From: Clostridia bacterium
GTDB taxonomy: Bacteria; Bacillota; Clostridia; CAKSNL01; HGM11501
Assembly (NCBI GenBank): GCA_045545475.1
Contig: JAZQAZ010000029.1
Location: 1-64,000, forward strand
Direction of reading: 5' to 3'
DNA length: 64,000 bases
Shown: positions 42,108 to 51,397 of the stretch, piece after piece
Layout of the letters: each line of letters begins with the position of its first letter
How positions within the stretch are numbered: the stretch's first letter is position 1
Translations under genes and position numbers: made by a program
The notes under the pieces: model-generated
Databases searched by the model: none
What the model was told of the DNA's origin: nothing
The model's input: only the letters and a program-made list of their open reading frames with translations

Positions 42108-43964
42108 ATGGCAAAAACAGTTGAAGTAAAAAAAGACGGCGTTTACTTAGACGGCGAGAAATTTTTTCTTGTCAGCGGTGACTTTCACTATTTCAGAACC
42201 CTTCCCGGTGGATGGGAAAGAAGACTTCGCCTGATGAAGGATTTCGGCTTAACCGCTGTTACTACCTATGTTCCCTGGAACCTGACAGAGCCTAAAAGAG
42301 GCGAATATTGCTTTGACGGAAGAGCAAATCTCATGCTCTTTTTGGAACTTTGCGATAAATGCGGCCTTAAGGTAATCCTTCGTTGCTCCCCCTACCTTTG
42401 CGGCGAATGGGAAATGGGCGGTCTTCCCAGCTGGCTCTTAAAGGACAGAACCATCTGCGTCCGCTCCAGCGACCCCGGCTATATGGAAGCGGCCAACGAA
42501 TACAACAAAGTGCTTTGCGATAAAATCCGCCCCTATCTTCACACCAACGGCGGGCCCGTAATTTTAGTAGGTCTTGAAAACGAATACGGCTCCTTCGGTG
42601 ACGATTTGGAATATTTACAGATGCTTTGCGACTTTTACAGAAACGAAAATATCGACGTTCCCTTTGTAAGTGCCAACGGCGTTGACGATTTTAAATACAT
42701 AAACGGAACACTTAAAGATAACTGGAACGGCATTGACCACGGGGCAGACCCCGGTTCAATTGCCCAGTTTGAAAAGCTTCGTGCCTTTCAGCCCGATAAG
42801 CCTTTAATGAGCGGTGAAGCCTGGACAGGACAGATTCAGTTCTGGGGCCGTAAGTTCTATAAGGGCGGAGACGGCGTTAAAATGGCCCAGTATTTCAAAA
42901 AGGCACTTGAAATGGGGGCTTGCGTAAACTTTTATATGTTCTGCGGTGGCACTAACTTTGAATTTACCTCCGGTGCACTTCACAGCGTTGGAAATAGTGC
43001 CTACACTCCCCTTATGACAAGCTATGACTATGACGCACCCATAAGCGAAGAAGGAACACCCACAAGAAAGTATTATGCTCTCCGTGATGTACTTGACGAA
43101 TATTTGGGCAAGGAAAAAAGAGAGCATACAGACCCCGATTTTGAAATTCAGTCCATCGAAAAAATCACTCTTACAGAGTCTGCTCCCCTCTTTTCAAACC
43201 TTGACAATCTTTCGGATAAGAGGGTTAAGGCAAACAGAACCATCTGTATGGAGGATTTGGATCAGAACTTCGGCTTTATCTGCTACCGCTCCGAAATCCG
43301 CTATACCGACGACCGAGTAAGACACTTAATTATAGACGGACTTGCTGACCGAGCAACGGTTTACATTGACGGAAAGTATATCGGCACCCACCTTCGTGAT
43401 GCGGATAACCCCGACATCACCTTTACCGTAAAGAAAGGCGGAAGCGTTCTTACCATCCTTGTTGAAAATATGGGAAGAATCAACTACGGTCACAGAATTT
43501 ACGACTATAAGGGAATACTCGGCTCAGTTCGTGTAAACATTGAAAATGCGGACGGCAGCTTCCTTTACAACTATGCCAACAATATGCGCTTTACCATTGA
43601 CTGTCTGCCTCTTTCAGACCTTTCAAAGCTCTCTTATGAAAAGGGCATCGTAAAGACAGATACTCCCTGCTTCTACAAGGGTACATTCGATGCCAAGGCA
43701 GGCGTTGATACCTTCTGCGATATGGGAGGATGGAGAAAAGGATGCGTTTATGTAAACGGCTTTAACCTTGGTCGTTTCTGGGATGTTGGACCGCAGAGAA
43801 CATTGTACCTTCCCGGTGAACTTTTAAAGGATAAGGACAACGTAATTGAAGTTTTCGAGCTTCACTCACCCAAGGGCGAATATGAGGTTTCCTGCCTCGA
43901 TCACTCACTTCTCTGCGAAGAAGTAAATAATGATTTACTGAGCACAGACTTCCAGTTACTGTAA
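42108..43964 (+). CDS. GH35 beta-galactosidase
   Basis: SGDFHYFR, TYVPWN, LENEYGS, NFYMFCGGTNF, TSYDYDAP, NLGRFW; promoter TTGACA-17-TAAAAT at 42048-42076. Confidence 0.92.
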   Translation: MAKTVEVKKDGVYLDGEKFFLVSGDFHYFRTLPGGWERRLRLMKDFGLTAVTTYVPWNLTEPKRGEYCFDGRANLMLFLELCDKCGLKVILRCSPYLCGEWEMGGLPSWLLKDRTICVRSSDPGYMEAANEYNKVLCDKIRPYLHTNGGPVILVGLENEYGSFGDDLEYLQMLCDFYRNENIDVPFVSANGVDDFKYINGTLKDNWNGIDHGADPGSIAQFEKLRAFQPDKPLMSGEAWTGQIQFWGRKFYKGGDGVKMAQYFKKALEMGACVNFYMFCGGTNFEFTSGALHSVGNSAYTPLMTSYDYDAPISEEGTPTRKYYALRDVLDEYLGKEKREHTDPDFEIQSIEKITLTESAPLFSNLDNLSDKRVKANRTICMEDLDQNFGFICYRSEIRYTDDRVRHLIIDGLADRATVYIDGKYIGTHLRDADNPDITFTVKKGGSVLTILVENMGRINYGHRIYDYKGILGSVRVNIENADGSFLYNYANNMRFTIDCLPLSDLSKLSYEKGIVKTDTPCFYKGTFDAKAGVDTFCDMGGWRKGCVYVNGFNLGRFWDVGPQRTLYLPGELLKDKDNVIEVFELHSPKGEYEVSCLDHSLLCEEVNNDLLSTDFQLL

Positions 43965-44198
43965 GAGGAGATGTTAAAAAAGTTCAGACCGCAAAAAGGC
44001 AAATAAATTGATGACTCTTACTCCTTGCTTATCAAAGTTATTAAAATAGTGTTGAAAAATCGCATTTCTGCGATTTTTCTTCATTTTACGCCTTTTTGCT
44101 ACGAACAAACTTCACCCTCAATGTATCTCATACATTTTCGGGCGGTGCAGTTTGTCCGTTCTGAAGCATTTTTTCCTATCTCCTGATATTAAATTGAT

Positions 44199-44258
44199 GT
44201 AGGGGCCGGTGCCCACATCAGCCCGCATTTTCCGGGTCGATGTGGCATCGACCCCTGC
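44199..44258. repeat. GTAG-type REP doublet (REPIN)
   Basis: GTAGGGGCCGGTGCCCACATCAGCCCG - spacer - CGGGTCGATGTGGCATCGACCCCTGC (inverted pair). Confidence 0.7.
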
Positions 44259-44274
44259 ATTTTTCAAAAACATC

Positions 44275-44324
44275 TTGACATTTGTAGCTACACGTGATAT
44301 ACTACGATTGTAGCTACAAGTGTA
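44275..44324 (+). promoter_or_regulatory. sigmaA promoter overlapped by BlaI/CopY-type boxes
   Basis: TTGACA-17-TATACT with extended TG; TACA-AG-TGTA (44315-44324) plus three degenerate copies. Confidence 0.85.
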
Positions 44325-44360
44325 ATTACACTTACAATTAATCCCCAAGGAGGCAAAAAA

Positions 44361-44732
44361 ATGTCAAACATAAAGCAAACAATTACGGATTCCGAGTATC
44401 AGATTATGAAAATTTTGTGGGATGCAAATGAGAAAATGACCGTATCTGACGTATCGGCAAAGCTTGACGGCAACGACTGGACGGCATCCACAGTTTCCAC
44501 CTTTCTTCAGAGGCTATTGAAAAAAGAAGTGGTTGCCTGCGATAAAAGAGGCAAAACCAACCTTTATTACCCCGTTTTATCCCGGAAGGACTACGATTTA
44601 AGCGAAACGGAAAGCTTTCTTTCCAAAATTTACAAGGGCTCAATCAAAAATATGGTTGCGGCACTTTACGAAAACAAAAAGCTTTCGGATGATGACGTGA
44701 CAGACCTTAAGAAGATGTTTGAACTGGAGTGA
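44361..44732 (+). CDS. BlaI/MecI/CopY family repressor
   Basis: ITDSEYQIMKILW, W..STVSTFLQRLLKK, YYP, GSIKNMVAAL. Confidence 0.93.
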   Translation: MSNIKQTITDSEYQIMKILWDANEKMTVSDVSAKLDGNDWTASTVSTFLQRLLKKEVVACDKRGKTNLYYPVLSRKDYDLSETESFLSKIYKGSIKNMVAALYENKKLSDDDVTDLKKMFELE

Positions 44733-44736
44733 TTTT

Positions 44737-45564
44737 ATGGCAGAGCTTTTTAAGACAACCCTTGTTTTAAGCATTTTTGGTTTTGTTATGACGGCACTGC
44801 TTCTTATCATAAAGCCCGTGACGGCAAAAAAACTTCCGGCATCTTGGCAATATTATATGTGGGTTCTGGTTGTGCTTTCAATGCTTATTCCCGTTTATAA
44901 AATTATCCCTTCAAGGGAAATTTATAAAATTCCTGTTGTTCCGTCTGTCACAACCGAATCTCCCTCCACGCCTGACATAAGCGAAAACGTTGAAGTATTA
45001 CCGGCGGAAGACACGGTAAAGGAAAATGCAGGCACACCCGTAAGGCAAAGCAGGACGGGGCTTTACACCATTGCCGCTTTTATCTGGCTTTCGGGAATGG
45101 CAATATATCTTTTCATAGTTTCTTTAAGCTATATTTCCTTCACCACGAAAAAGCGGAAAAATTCCATTCCCTTAAGGGATGATGCGATATTGAATGAATG
45201 CTCAAAATCCCTTAAAATAAAGCGGAAAATCAAGGTTATGGTTTCGGAAAATTTAGATTCTCCCATGCTTGTGGGCGTGTTTTTCCCGGTAATTTATATC
45301 CCTGACGGGGAAATTCCTCCCGAAAAGCTTAAAATGATTTTCCTTCACGAGCTTAACCACTATAAAAGGAAGGATTTAATTTTCAAGTGGCTTTCTGTCT
45401 TAACCAATATGATACATTGGTTTAATCCCCTTTCCTATCTTTTATGCTCCGCTTTAAGCGAAGCCTGTGAAATTTCCTGCGATATGGCTGTAACCAGAAA
45501 TATGACGGAGGATGAGCAAAGACTTTATATGCAGACGATTTTAGACCTTGCAAAAAGGAGGTAA
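44737..45564 (+). CDS. M56 (BlaR1-type) metallopeptidase lacking last TM and sensor domain
   Basis: SPMLVG, HELNH, HWFNPL, EISCD; ends at YMQTILDLAKRR. Confidence 0.92.
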   Translation: MAELFKTTLVLSIFGFVMTALLLIIKPVTAKKLPASWQYYMWVLVVLSMLIPVYKIIPSREIYKIPVVPSVTTESPSTPDISENVEVLPAEDTVKENAGTPVRQSRTGLYTIAAFIWLSGMAIYLFIVSLSYISFTTKKRKNSIPLRDDAILNECSKSLKIKRKIKVMVSENLDSPMLVGVFFPVIYIPDGEIPPEKLKMIFLHELNHYKRKDLIFKWLSVLTNMIHWFNPLSYLLCSALSEACEISCDMAVTRNMTEDEQRLYMQTILDLAKRR

Positions 45565-45566
45565 CT

Positions 45567-46664
45567 ATGCTGGAAAAATTATACTCAACCAAAATGAGCG
45601 AAGACAGAAAAAGCCTTCAGAGGCGTTTTTCAAAAATCCGCAAAAAGAGCGGAAAGACTTCTAAAATAATTGCCGTAATTCTTTCGGCGGTTTTGATTAT
45701 TGCCGTTTTAACCGTTTCCTCCATAGTAGGCTCACGCCTTGGCGTCCGCGATTACTCTCTTTCGGATGCCGAATATTCCGCCTTGCTTGAAAGTCGGCTC
45801 GGTGCGGTTATGGCGGACATATATTATGCCGACAGACAAAAGATTTTAGTTCATTACGGCTCCGCCCTTTTTATTCTCGGCACCAATCCGCCACCCGAAA
45901 ACCCTATGCTTTCTTCCGAATTTGATTTTGTGATAAATCTTGAAAAGCTTAACATATCAAAAAATCAGCAGGGAAGCAACATTCTTGAAGTAAAAGTGGA
46001 TAAGGACGGTAAAAACGCCTATCTTTATTCCGTTGGACCCATCGATGAAATAAAGGGCTTTGACGAATATATCTTAAGCCTTGAAACGGGAAGCGTGAAA
46101 AAAGGCAGTGCGCCCAAAGATGCCGAATATTTCAGTGGCCGTGCAGACAGCTCCACTACCCTATTAAATCCTTTCGGATGGTTCAGCAACACCTCAGTTA
46201 TAGACGGCGATAAAATTTACTACCTCACCTGCGAAAACGGAAAGGCAGAGGGAATTCAGCTTGTTACGGTAAATCATCTTACGGGGGAAACCTCGTCACG
46301 GTTTATCTTCAATCCCGCATCAGCCGATATTAGCTTTTTCGAACCGAAGGATATAAAGGATATTACGGAAGCCCGCCTTATTTCAGGGGACATTGACATT
46401 GTCATAAAAAACGAAGTCAAGCTTTCCGAAATAGAAGAAATGCTTTCTTCGGCTGAAATTATCTATGGCGGTACGGCGTGCTCCTTTACCGCAGATCTGA
46501 TACTGAAAAGAGCCGACGGTGCTTCCGGTAAGGTTACCCTTGCCACGGATAGCTGTGCCGTATATAAATGCGGCAGCACCTATTATGATTACAGCGATGG
46601 TGACAACACCCGTATGTTTGACCTCCTCGGGGTAACCCACGAATGGATTTTAAAAGCATATTAA
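45567..46664 (+). CDS. putative BlaR1 C-terminal sensor subunit 1
   Basis: MLEKLYSTKMS..KSLQRRFSKI + one TM + large extracellular region; RBS AGGAGG overlaps the M56 3' end. Confidence 0.7.
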   Translation: MLEKLYSTKMSEDRKSLQRRFSKIRKKSGKTSKIIAVILSAVLIIAVLTVSSIVGSRLGVRDYSLSDAEYSALLESRLGAVMADIYYADRQKILVHYGSALFILGTNPPPENPMLSSEFDFVINLEKLNISKNQQGSNILEVKVDKDGKNAYLYSVGPIDEIKGFDEYILSLETGSVKKGSAPKDAEYFSGRADSSTTLLNPFGWFSNTSVIDGDKIYYLTCENGKAEGIQLVTVNHLTGETSSRFIFNPASADISFFEPKDIKDITEARLISGDIDIVIKNEVKLSEIEEMLSSAEIIYGGTACSFTADLILKRADGASGKVTLATDSCAVYKCGSTYYDYSDGDNTRMFDLLGVTHEWILKAY

Positions 46665-46712
46665 GCCGATGGGCGTCTGACCCCACAAGGCTTATGATTA
46701 AAGGAGGCAACT

Positions 46713-47435
46713 ATGTTAGAAAAATTATACACCACAAAAATGAGTGACGATAAAAAGGTTTTAAAGAGGAGGTTTTCAAAAATCAGCCGGAAAAACGGAA
46801 AGACTTCCAAAATAATTTCTGCGTTAACAGCGCTTTTACTTTCGATAACGCTTCTTTCGGGCTATGCCGTCATGGCTGTTTTAGACCCCAGCGAGGAAAT
46901 CAAGGAAGAATATGCCCTTTCCCTTATAGACTATGAAATTTTAAGGGGCTATCCCGACGGAAAAATGCGACTTGATGAGCCGATAACCAATGCAGAAGCG
47001 ATTACTCTTATACTTCGTGCCCACAAAGGCTACAGGGATATGCTCGAAACTTACATCCCAAAAGATGAAAGCGAAAATCACTGGGCATATAAGGAAATTG
47101 CCCTTGCAAAGGATTTGAAAATTGCAGAAAGCGACATAGTGCCGGATGAAATTATTACGGTATCTGGCTTTTCAAAGATGCTCGTTCTTCTTTTAGGCTA
47201 TGGCGTAAAGGCGGAGCAACGTGGCGGAGATTATGTTTCCGTTGCAAAAAGGCTCGGCATTTTTGAAGGACTTGATAAAAATGCCGGAGATATTTTAACA
47301 AGAAAAGATGCCGCATTGATGCTGTCAAACGCCCTTGACGTGCCCTTTATGGAAGCTTCTTCCTATAATGCAGAAATAAAAACTTTAGAGTATGTAATTA
47401 AAGAGGGCAATACCTTAAGAAGTCTTCTCGATTAA
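46713..47435 (+). CDS. putative BlaR1 C-terminal subunit 2 with SLH-like domains
   Basis: MLEKLYTTKMS..KVLKRRFSKI + TM + LRGYPDG..RLDEPITNAEA, HWAYKEI, LTRKDAALML. Confidence 0.75.
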   Translation: MLEKLYTTKMSDDKKVLKRRFSKISRKNGKTSKIISALTALLLSITLLSGYAVMAVLDPSEEIKEEYALSLIDYEILRGYPDGKMRLDEPITNAEAITLILRAHKGYRDMLETYIPKDESENHWAYKEIALAKDLKIAESDIVPDEIITVSGFSKMLVLLLGYGVKAEQRGGDYVSVAKRLGIFEGLDKNAGDILTRKDAALMLSNALDVPFMEASSYNAEIKTLEYVIKEGNTLRSLLD

Positions 47436-47439
47436 CGAA

Positions 47440-47470
47440 AAAACACATCATCCGACGGATGATGTGTTTT
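47440..47470. terminator. bidirectional terminator closing the bla-like operon
   Basis: AAAACACATCATCCG-A-CGGATGATGTGTTTT. Confidence 0.75.
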
Positions 47471-47478
47471 CATTATCT

Positions 47479-48804
47479 TTATGCTGCGTTATACCAGGGT
47501 TCGGTTTTTACTTTTTCCAGAACTATTCTTTTGAATGTTGTAAACGCCTGTTCCTTTGTAAATGTTCCGCCAGGGTTAAAGCTGCCGTCTCCCATACCCA
47601 TCATGATGTTTCCATAAGTGCATGAATATACGCTTTCCCTTGCCCACGATGAAATCTTACGGTCGTCAGAATATTCACTGTCCGCTCCTCCCGGATTAAA
47701 TTTTTCTCCTATAAGATGCTTACACATTCTGAACAAAATTGCAGAAGCTTCTTCTCTTGTAATAAGATCATCTGGTGCAAAAATCCCGTTGCCCTTTCCG
47801 TTTATTATTCCGAGGCTGTTAAGAAGTGCAACATCGTGACTTTTGGTATCCTTAAACTTTGACTCATACTCTGTTACATCGACGTATTCATCTGACTGTC
47901 CTATAATTATTCTTGCCGCATAGGTGCAGAACTCTTCACGGGTAACCGGTTTTGTATAGTCATCGTTATCATCTATTTTTATAGCTCCGTTTGTGCACAT
48001 AAACATAACACTGTCAAACGCCCAATCGCTGCAGTTAACCTCATAAGGTCCACCTGTGCTTACAATTTCCGTATTTTTCGGCATAAGATATTCGCCATTT
48101 ACGCGAATACTTGTCTCTAAAACACTATGTTCCTCATCGTTTTCACCGATATATTTCAATACCTCACCACTATAGCGGGAAGGTGCCTTATATGAAGCTA
48201 TAAGTTTTTCATTTATATATAGGTAAAAACAGTTTTCTCCTTCTTTGCGACCGGAAAGATCCTTTAATATTTCAGCATATTTTGCCTCGCCCTCATCAGT
48301 GAAAGAAAATGTCAGTGCAGTTTTTACACCGGGATGCTTGTCTATAAGCATATCATCTTCGCTTCCGTCGTATGTGGCATTTACATAATAAGTAACCTGC
48401 TCATCATCATCCCACATAATTCTTGTATATACCGAAGCATTGGATAAATGTGTTTCGTCCATCAACACATTTCCCTCAAAATCTCTTATTTCAAAACCGG
48501 GAACTCTTTTAAGTCTGTCTTCTACTTTGTCGATATCAACAGGTTTTTCAAAAATTGCTGTTATTATCTCTCTTTCTCCTTCCGGGTCAAATTCTGTGAG
48601 ATAATATTTCGCGCCAAGAGATTCCAATTTATCGTATACCACATTCCCCGAAACCTGGTTTATGTCGTAATAAGCCAGCTTATCGTCATCATTATACTCT
48701 ACGGCAACACTTACCGTATAAACCTCTTTCGCTATGGCGGGAATCACCATAATCAGGCTTGTAAGAACTGCAATTGTAAGTAAAATTAAAAGTCTCTTTT
48801 TCAT
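47479..48804 (-). CDS. secreted SLH-domain protein with SecD P1-like N-terminal region
   Basis: Signal peptide; three SLH-like repeats (VTREEF, GIINGKGNGIFAPDDLITREEA, SSWARES..FNPGGTFTKEQA). Confidence 0.8.
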   Translation of the reverse strand: MKKRLLILLTIAVLTSLIMVIPAIAKEVYTVSVAVEYNDDDKLAYYDINQVSGNVVYDKLESLGAKYYLTEFDPEGEREIITAIFEKPVDIDKVEDRLKRVPGFEIRDFEGNVLMDETHLSNASVYTRIMWDDDEQVTYYVNATYDGSEDDMLIDKHPGVKTALTFSFTDEGEAKYAEILKDLSGRKEGENCFYLYINEKLIASYKAPSRYSGEVLKYIGENDEEHSVLETSIRVNGEYLMPKNTEIVSTGGPYEVNCSDWAFDSVMFMCTNGAIKIDDNDDYTKPVTREEFCTYAARIIIGQSDEYVDVTEYESKFKDTKSHDVALLNSLGIINGKGNGIFAPDDLITREEASAILFRMCKHLIGEKFNPGGADSEYSDDRKISSWARESVYSCTYGNIMMGMGDGSFNPGGTFTKEQAFTTFKRIVLEKVKTEPWYNAA

Positions 48805-48927
48805 AATGCACTCTCCTTTTCTTCCCGTCAAGTATACCACAAAAAGTCTTTTAAGACAAGGAAATGAATTAAATAATTAAAGATTATTTTATTAAGATAG
48901 AAAACGGCTGTTTTACAGCCGTTTTCT

Positions 48928-49866
48928 TTATCTTTTTATCTTTTCGTACTCGATTTCGAGCCCTTCTTTTATGCTCTTGAAATCTTCCTTTTTAAGGTTG
49001 GTGGCTTTAAGAATTTTGGAATTGTCAATAAAACGGTCATATAATCTGTCGTAGAGCAAAATCCACTTTTCCTTGCCCTGTTTTTCCATATCAAGAAGAT
49101 AAGTCTTGGTGTCCACCCACGAAAAGCGAGTTCCGAAAACCTCGGAATAAATATCCGCAATTTCGCCCCAGGTAAGGTTTTCACCGTCCGCTACCGTGTA
49201 TGCCTCACCCATTACGCCTTCCTTAAACAAAAGGTGTGCAATCATTTTACCCGAATTTCCCGCCCAGGTAAGTGCCGCACGAAGATTTTTACATTCTGAG
49301 GGAAGCGTCAACGCTTCGCCCTTTTCTGCCGCCTCTATCACCTCACGGTTTGAGCGGGTTACAAGGTCAAATCTCCTTTCAGAAAAGGATATTACGGGGC
49401 GGACAACCGTCCAGTTTTTCTTTAAGGAATTATTATTTAAATATCTTTCGCACTTTGCCTTGGAAAGGGCATATTTTTCTGTCGCAAGAAATTCCGAATC
49501 CTTCGTAATATCTAAAAGCTTCGGTGCGTTTTCGGTTATGGGATGCTCCAAATCCGCATAGATACGATAGGATGAAAGGAATATAAGATGGTCGCACTTT
49601 TTTGTTAAAAGCTCGTGATAGGGTGCATACGATGCCTCATCCTGATAGTGCAGAAAATTTACTATTCCGTCGTATTTTTTATCTTTAAGAAAATTTTTTA
49701 AGAATTCAAGGTCCGCCTTTTCCCTTATATATGTAAGGCTTTCGTTATCCGATTTTTTATCTTCAAGGCATATTACATCAACCTTGTGTCCTAAGCTTAA
49801 TAATTCTTCCGCCGTGTATGAGCCAAGCGTTCCTCCACCACCGATTAAAAGTACCTGCTTTTTCAT
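48928..49866 (-). CDS. NAD-dependent epimerase/dehydratase family
   Basis: LIGGGGTLG, FLSSYRIY, YALSK. Confidence 0.85.
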   Translation of the reverse strand: MKKQVLLIGGGGTLGSYTAEELLSLGHKVDVICLEDKKSDNESLTYIREKADLEFLKNFLKDKKYDGIVNFLHYQDEASYAPYHELLTKKCDHLIFLSSYRIYADLEHPITENAPKLLDITKDSEFLATEKYALSKAKCERYLNNNSLKKNWTVVRPVISFSERRFDLVTRSNREVIEAAEKGEALTLPSECKNLRAALTWAGNSGKMIAHLLFKEGVMGEAYTVADGENLTWGEIADIYSEVFGTRFSWVDTKTYLLDMEKQGKEKWILLYDRLYDRFIDNSKILKATNLKKEDFKSIKEGLEIEYEKIKR

Positions 49867-49945
49867 AATAGTCCCCCTTTTAGCTAATTATATTATGATG
49901 CGCTTTATTTTGCAAGGGAGAAAACTATCCAAAAAAGTAACTATT

Positions 49946-51280
49946 CTATGCTCGCAGTGCCCTTATGCTTTTGCTCCCGAAGTAGATGGCAGCACCCACC
50001 AGAGCATCAAACAACCAGGAAATTATCCAGCCCGCATAATAGCCGTAAATGCCGCAAGCGGGAATTAAGATAAGGCTCATTATAATTCTCGCAATGGAGC
50101 CCGACAAGCTTGTCATTAAAAGTGCCGCCATGTTTCCGATTCCACGGAAATAGTTGTGATATAAATTCGCAATTACATTAAGTACAATAAAGGGAAGTCC
50201 CCATCTTAAAAAGTTTATTGTATAGGTAACCGCTTCAGGCGATGCATCGCTTCCGAAGAAAAGCCCTGATACAGAAGGAGCGAAAAACGCGCTGATTAAA
50301 ATAAGGGGAAGAGCGAAAACGGAAGACTGAATGATTGCCACCTTCATACCCTTTTTAAGCTTGTCATACTTTTTTGCACCAAAACACTGTGCCGTGTAGC
50401 TTGCCAGTGTTTTTGAGGAATTCTGATAAATTGCCGCATTAATGTCGTAAATTCTGTAGCTTACAAGATAGCTTGCCGCAGCGGCGGAGCCGATATTATT
50501 TACCATGGGCGAAAGGATAATTCCCGCAAAATACATTGCCGACTGCTGAAGGCAAGAAAAGGCGGAATATCTCGCCGTTGCAAGAAGCCCTTCGGAAAAG
50601 CTTTTTATTTTAGTTTTGTAAACACCCAGCTTTTTGAAGCAGGAGGCCATTTTTAATATATATAAAACTCCAACCACACTGTAGGATATGACATTTGCAA
50701 GGGCAAGGGCGGATGCATCCATATGGAAAAACACGATAAAGGCAGAGCCGAGGCCGATATTAAGAAGCGTTGAAAGAATTGACATATATAAGGGATATGC
50801 ACTGTCACCCATTGCCGTTATTACCTGAACGGCGTTTATGCCGAAAAGAACGATTACTTTACCCACCATTGAAATTGTAAAATAGCGGCTGCACTCGGAA
50901 AGAACGGCATCATCCACGTTGAAAAAGTCCATAACCGTACCGCGGAATATTATGAAAAACACGGACAAAAGGGCGATGATTCCCGAAAGCATCAGGAAGT
51001 TATTTACGATAACGCACTTCATTCTGTAATATTCCTTTGCTCCGAAAAGGTGGGCGGTGTAAACGCCGACGCCCATTCCGTATCCCCAGAATATGGAATT
51101 CAAAAATGTATCAAGAGGAGCTATGGCACCTATCGCACCTAAGGCCCCGTCCCCCAAAAGCTTACCTGCAATTATGGTGTTTACCACGTTGTAGCACTGG
51201 GAAAGAAGCCCGGAAAGCACCATCGGTATTGCAAAAAGTATAAAGGTTTTATAAATATTTCCTTTTGTTAAGTCTTTCAT
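49946..51280 (-). CDS. MATE efflux transporter
   Basis: MKDLTKGNI, FAIP, AMGDS..PL, FRGIGN; multiple TMs. Confidence 0.9.
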   Translation of the reverse strand: MKDLTKGNIYKTFILFAIPMVLSGLLSQCYNVVNTIIAGKLLGDGALGAIGAIAPLDTFLNSIFWGYGMGVGVYTAHLFGAKEYYRMKCVIVNNFLMLSGIIALLSVFFIIFRGTVMDFFNVDDAVLSECSRYFTISMVGKVIVLFGINAVQVITAMGDSAYPLYMSILSTLLNIGLGSAFIVFFHMDASALALANVISYSVVGVLYILKMASCFKKLGVYKTKIKSFSEGLLATARYSAFSCLQQSAMYFAGIILSPMVNNIGSAAAASYLVSYRIYDINAAIYQNSSKTLASYTAQCFGAKKYDKLKKGMKVAIIQSSVFALPLILISAFFAPSVSGLFFGSDASPEAVTYTINFLRWGLPFIVLNVIANLYHNYFRGIGNMAALLMTSLSGSIARIIMSLILIPACGIYGYYAGWIISWLFDALVGAAIYFGSKSIRALRA

Positions 51281-51397
51281 TTTATCCCTCTTGACATTAA
51301 TTAATCGCTCTTGTATAATTATAGTAAATTATCAAAATTTATCAAGATATGTTCATTATATTGACAATTTATCATTTTTTATCAAAAGAGGTGTGCT

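Noticed and set aside
44118-44348. 76-aa minus-strand ORF or RAYT remnant
   Set aside because: Runs through the REP doublet and promoter; no HUH motif visible.
45555-45570. BlaR1 pseudogene by frameshift
   Set aside because: Strong RBS and ATG at the junction, and the same start module recurs independently at 46713. Only a read check would fully exclude it.
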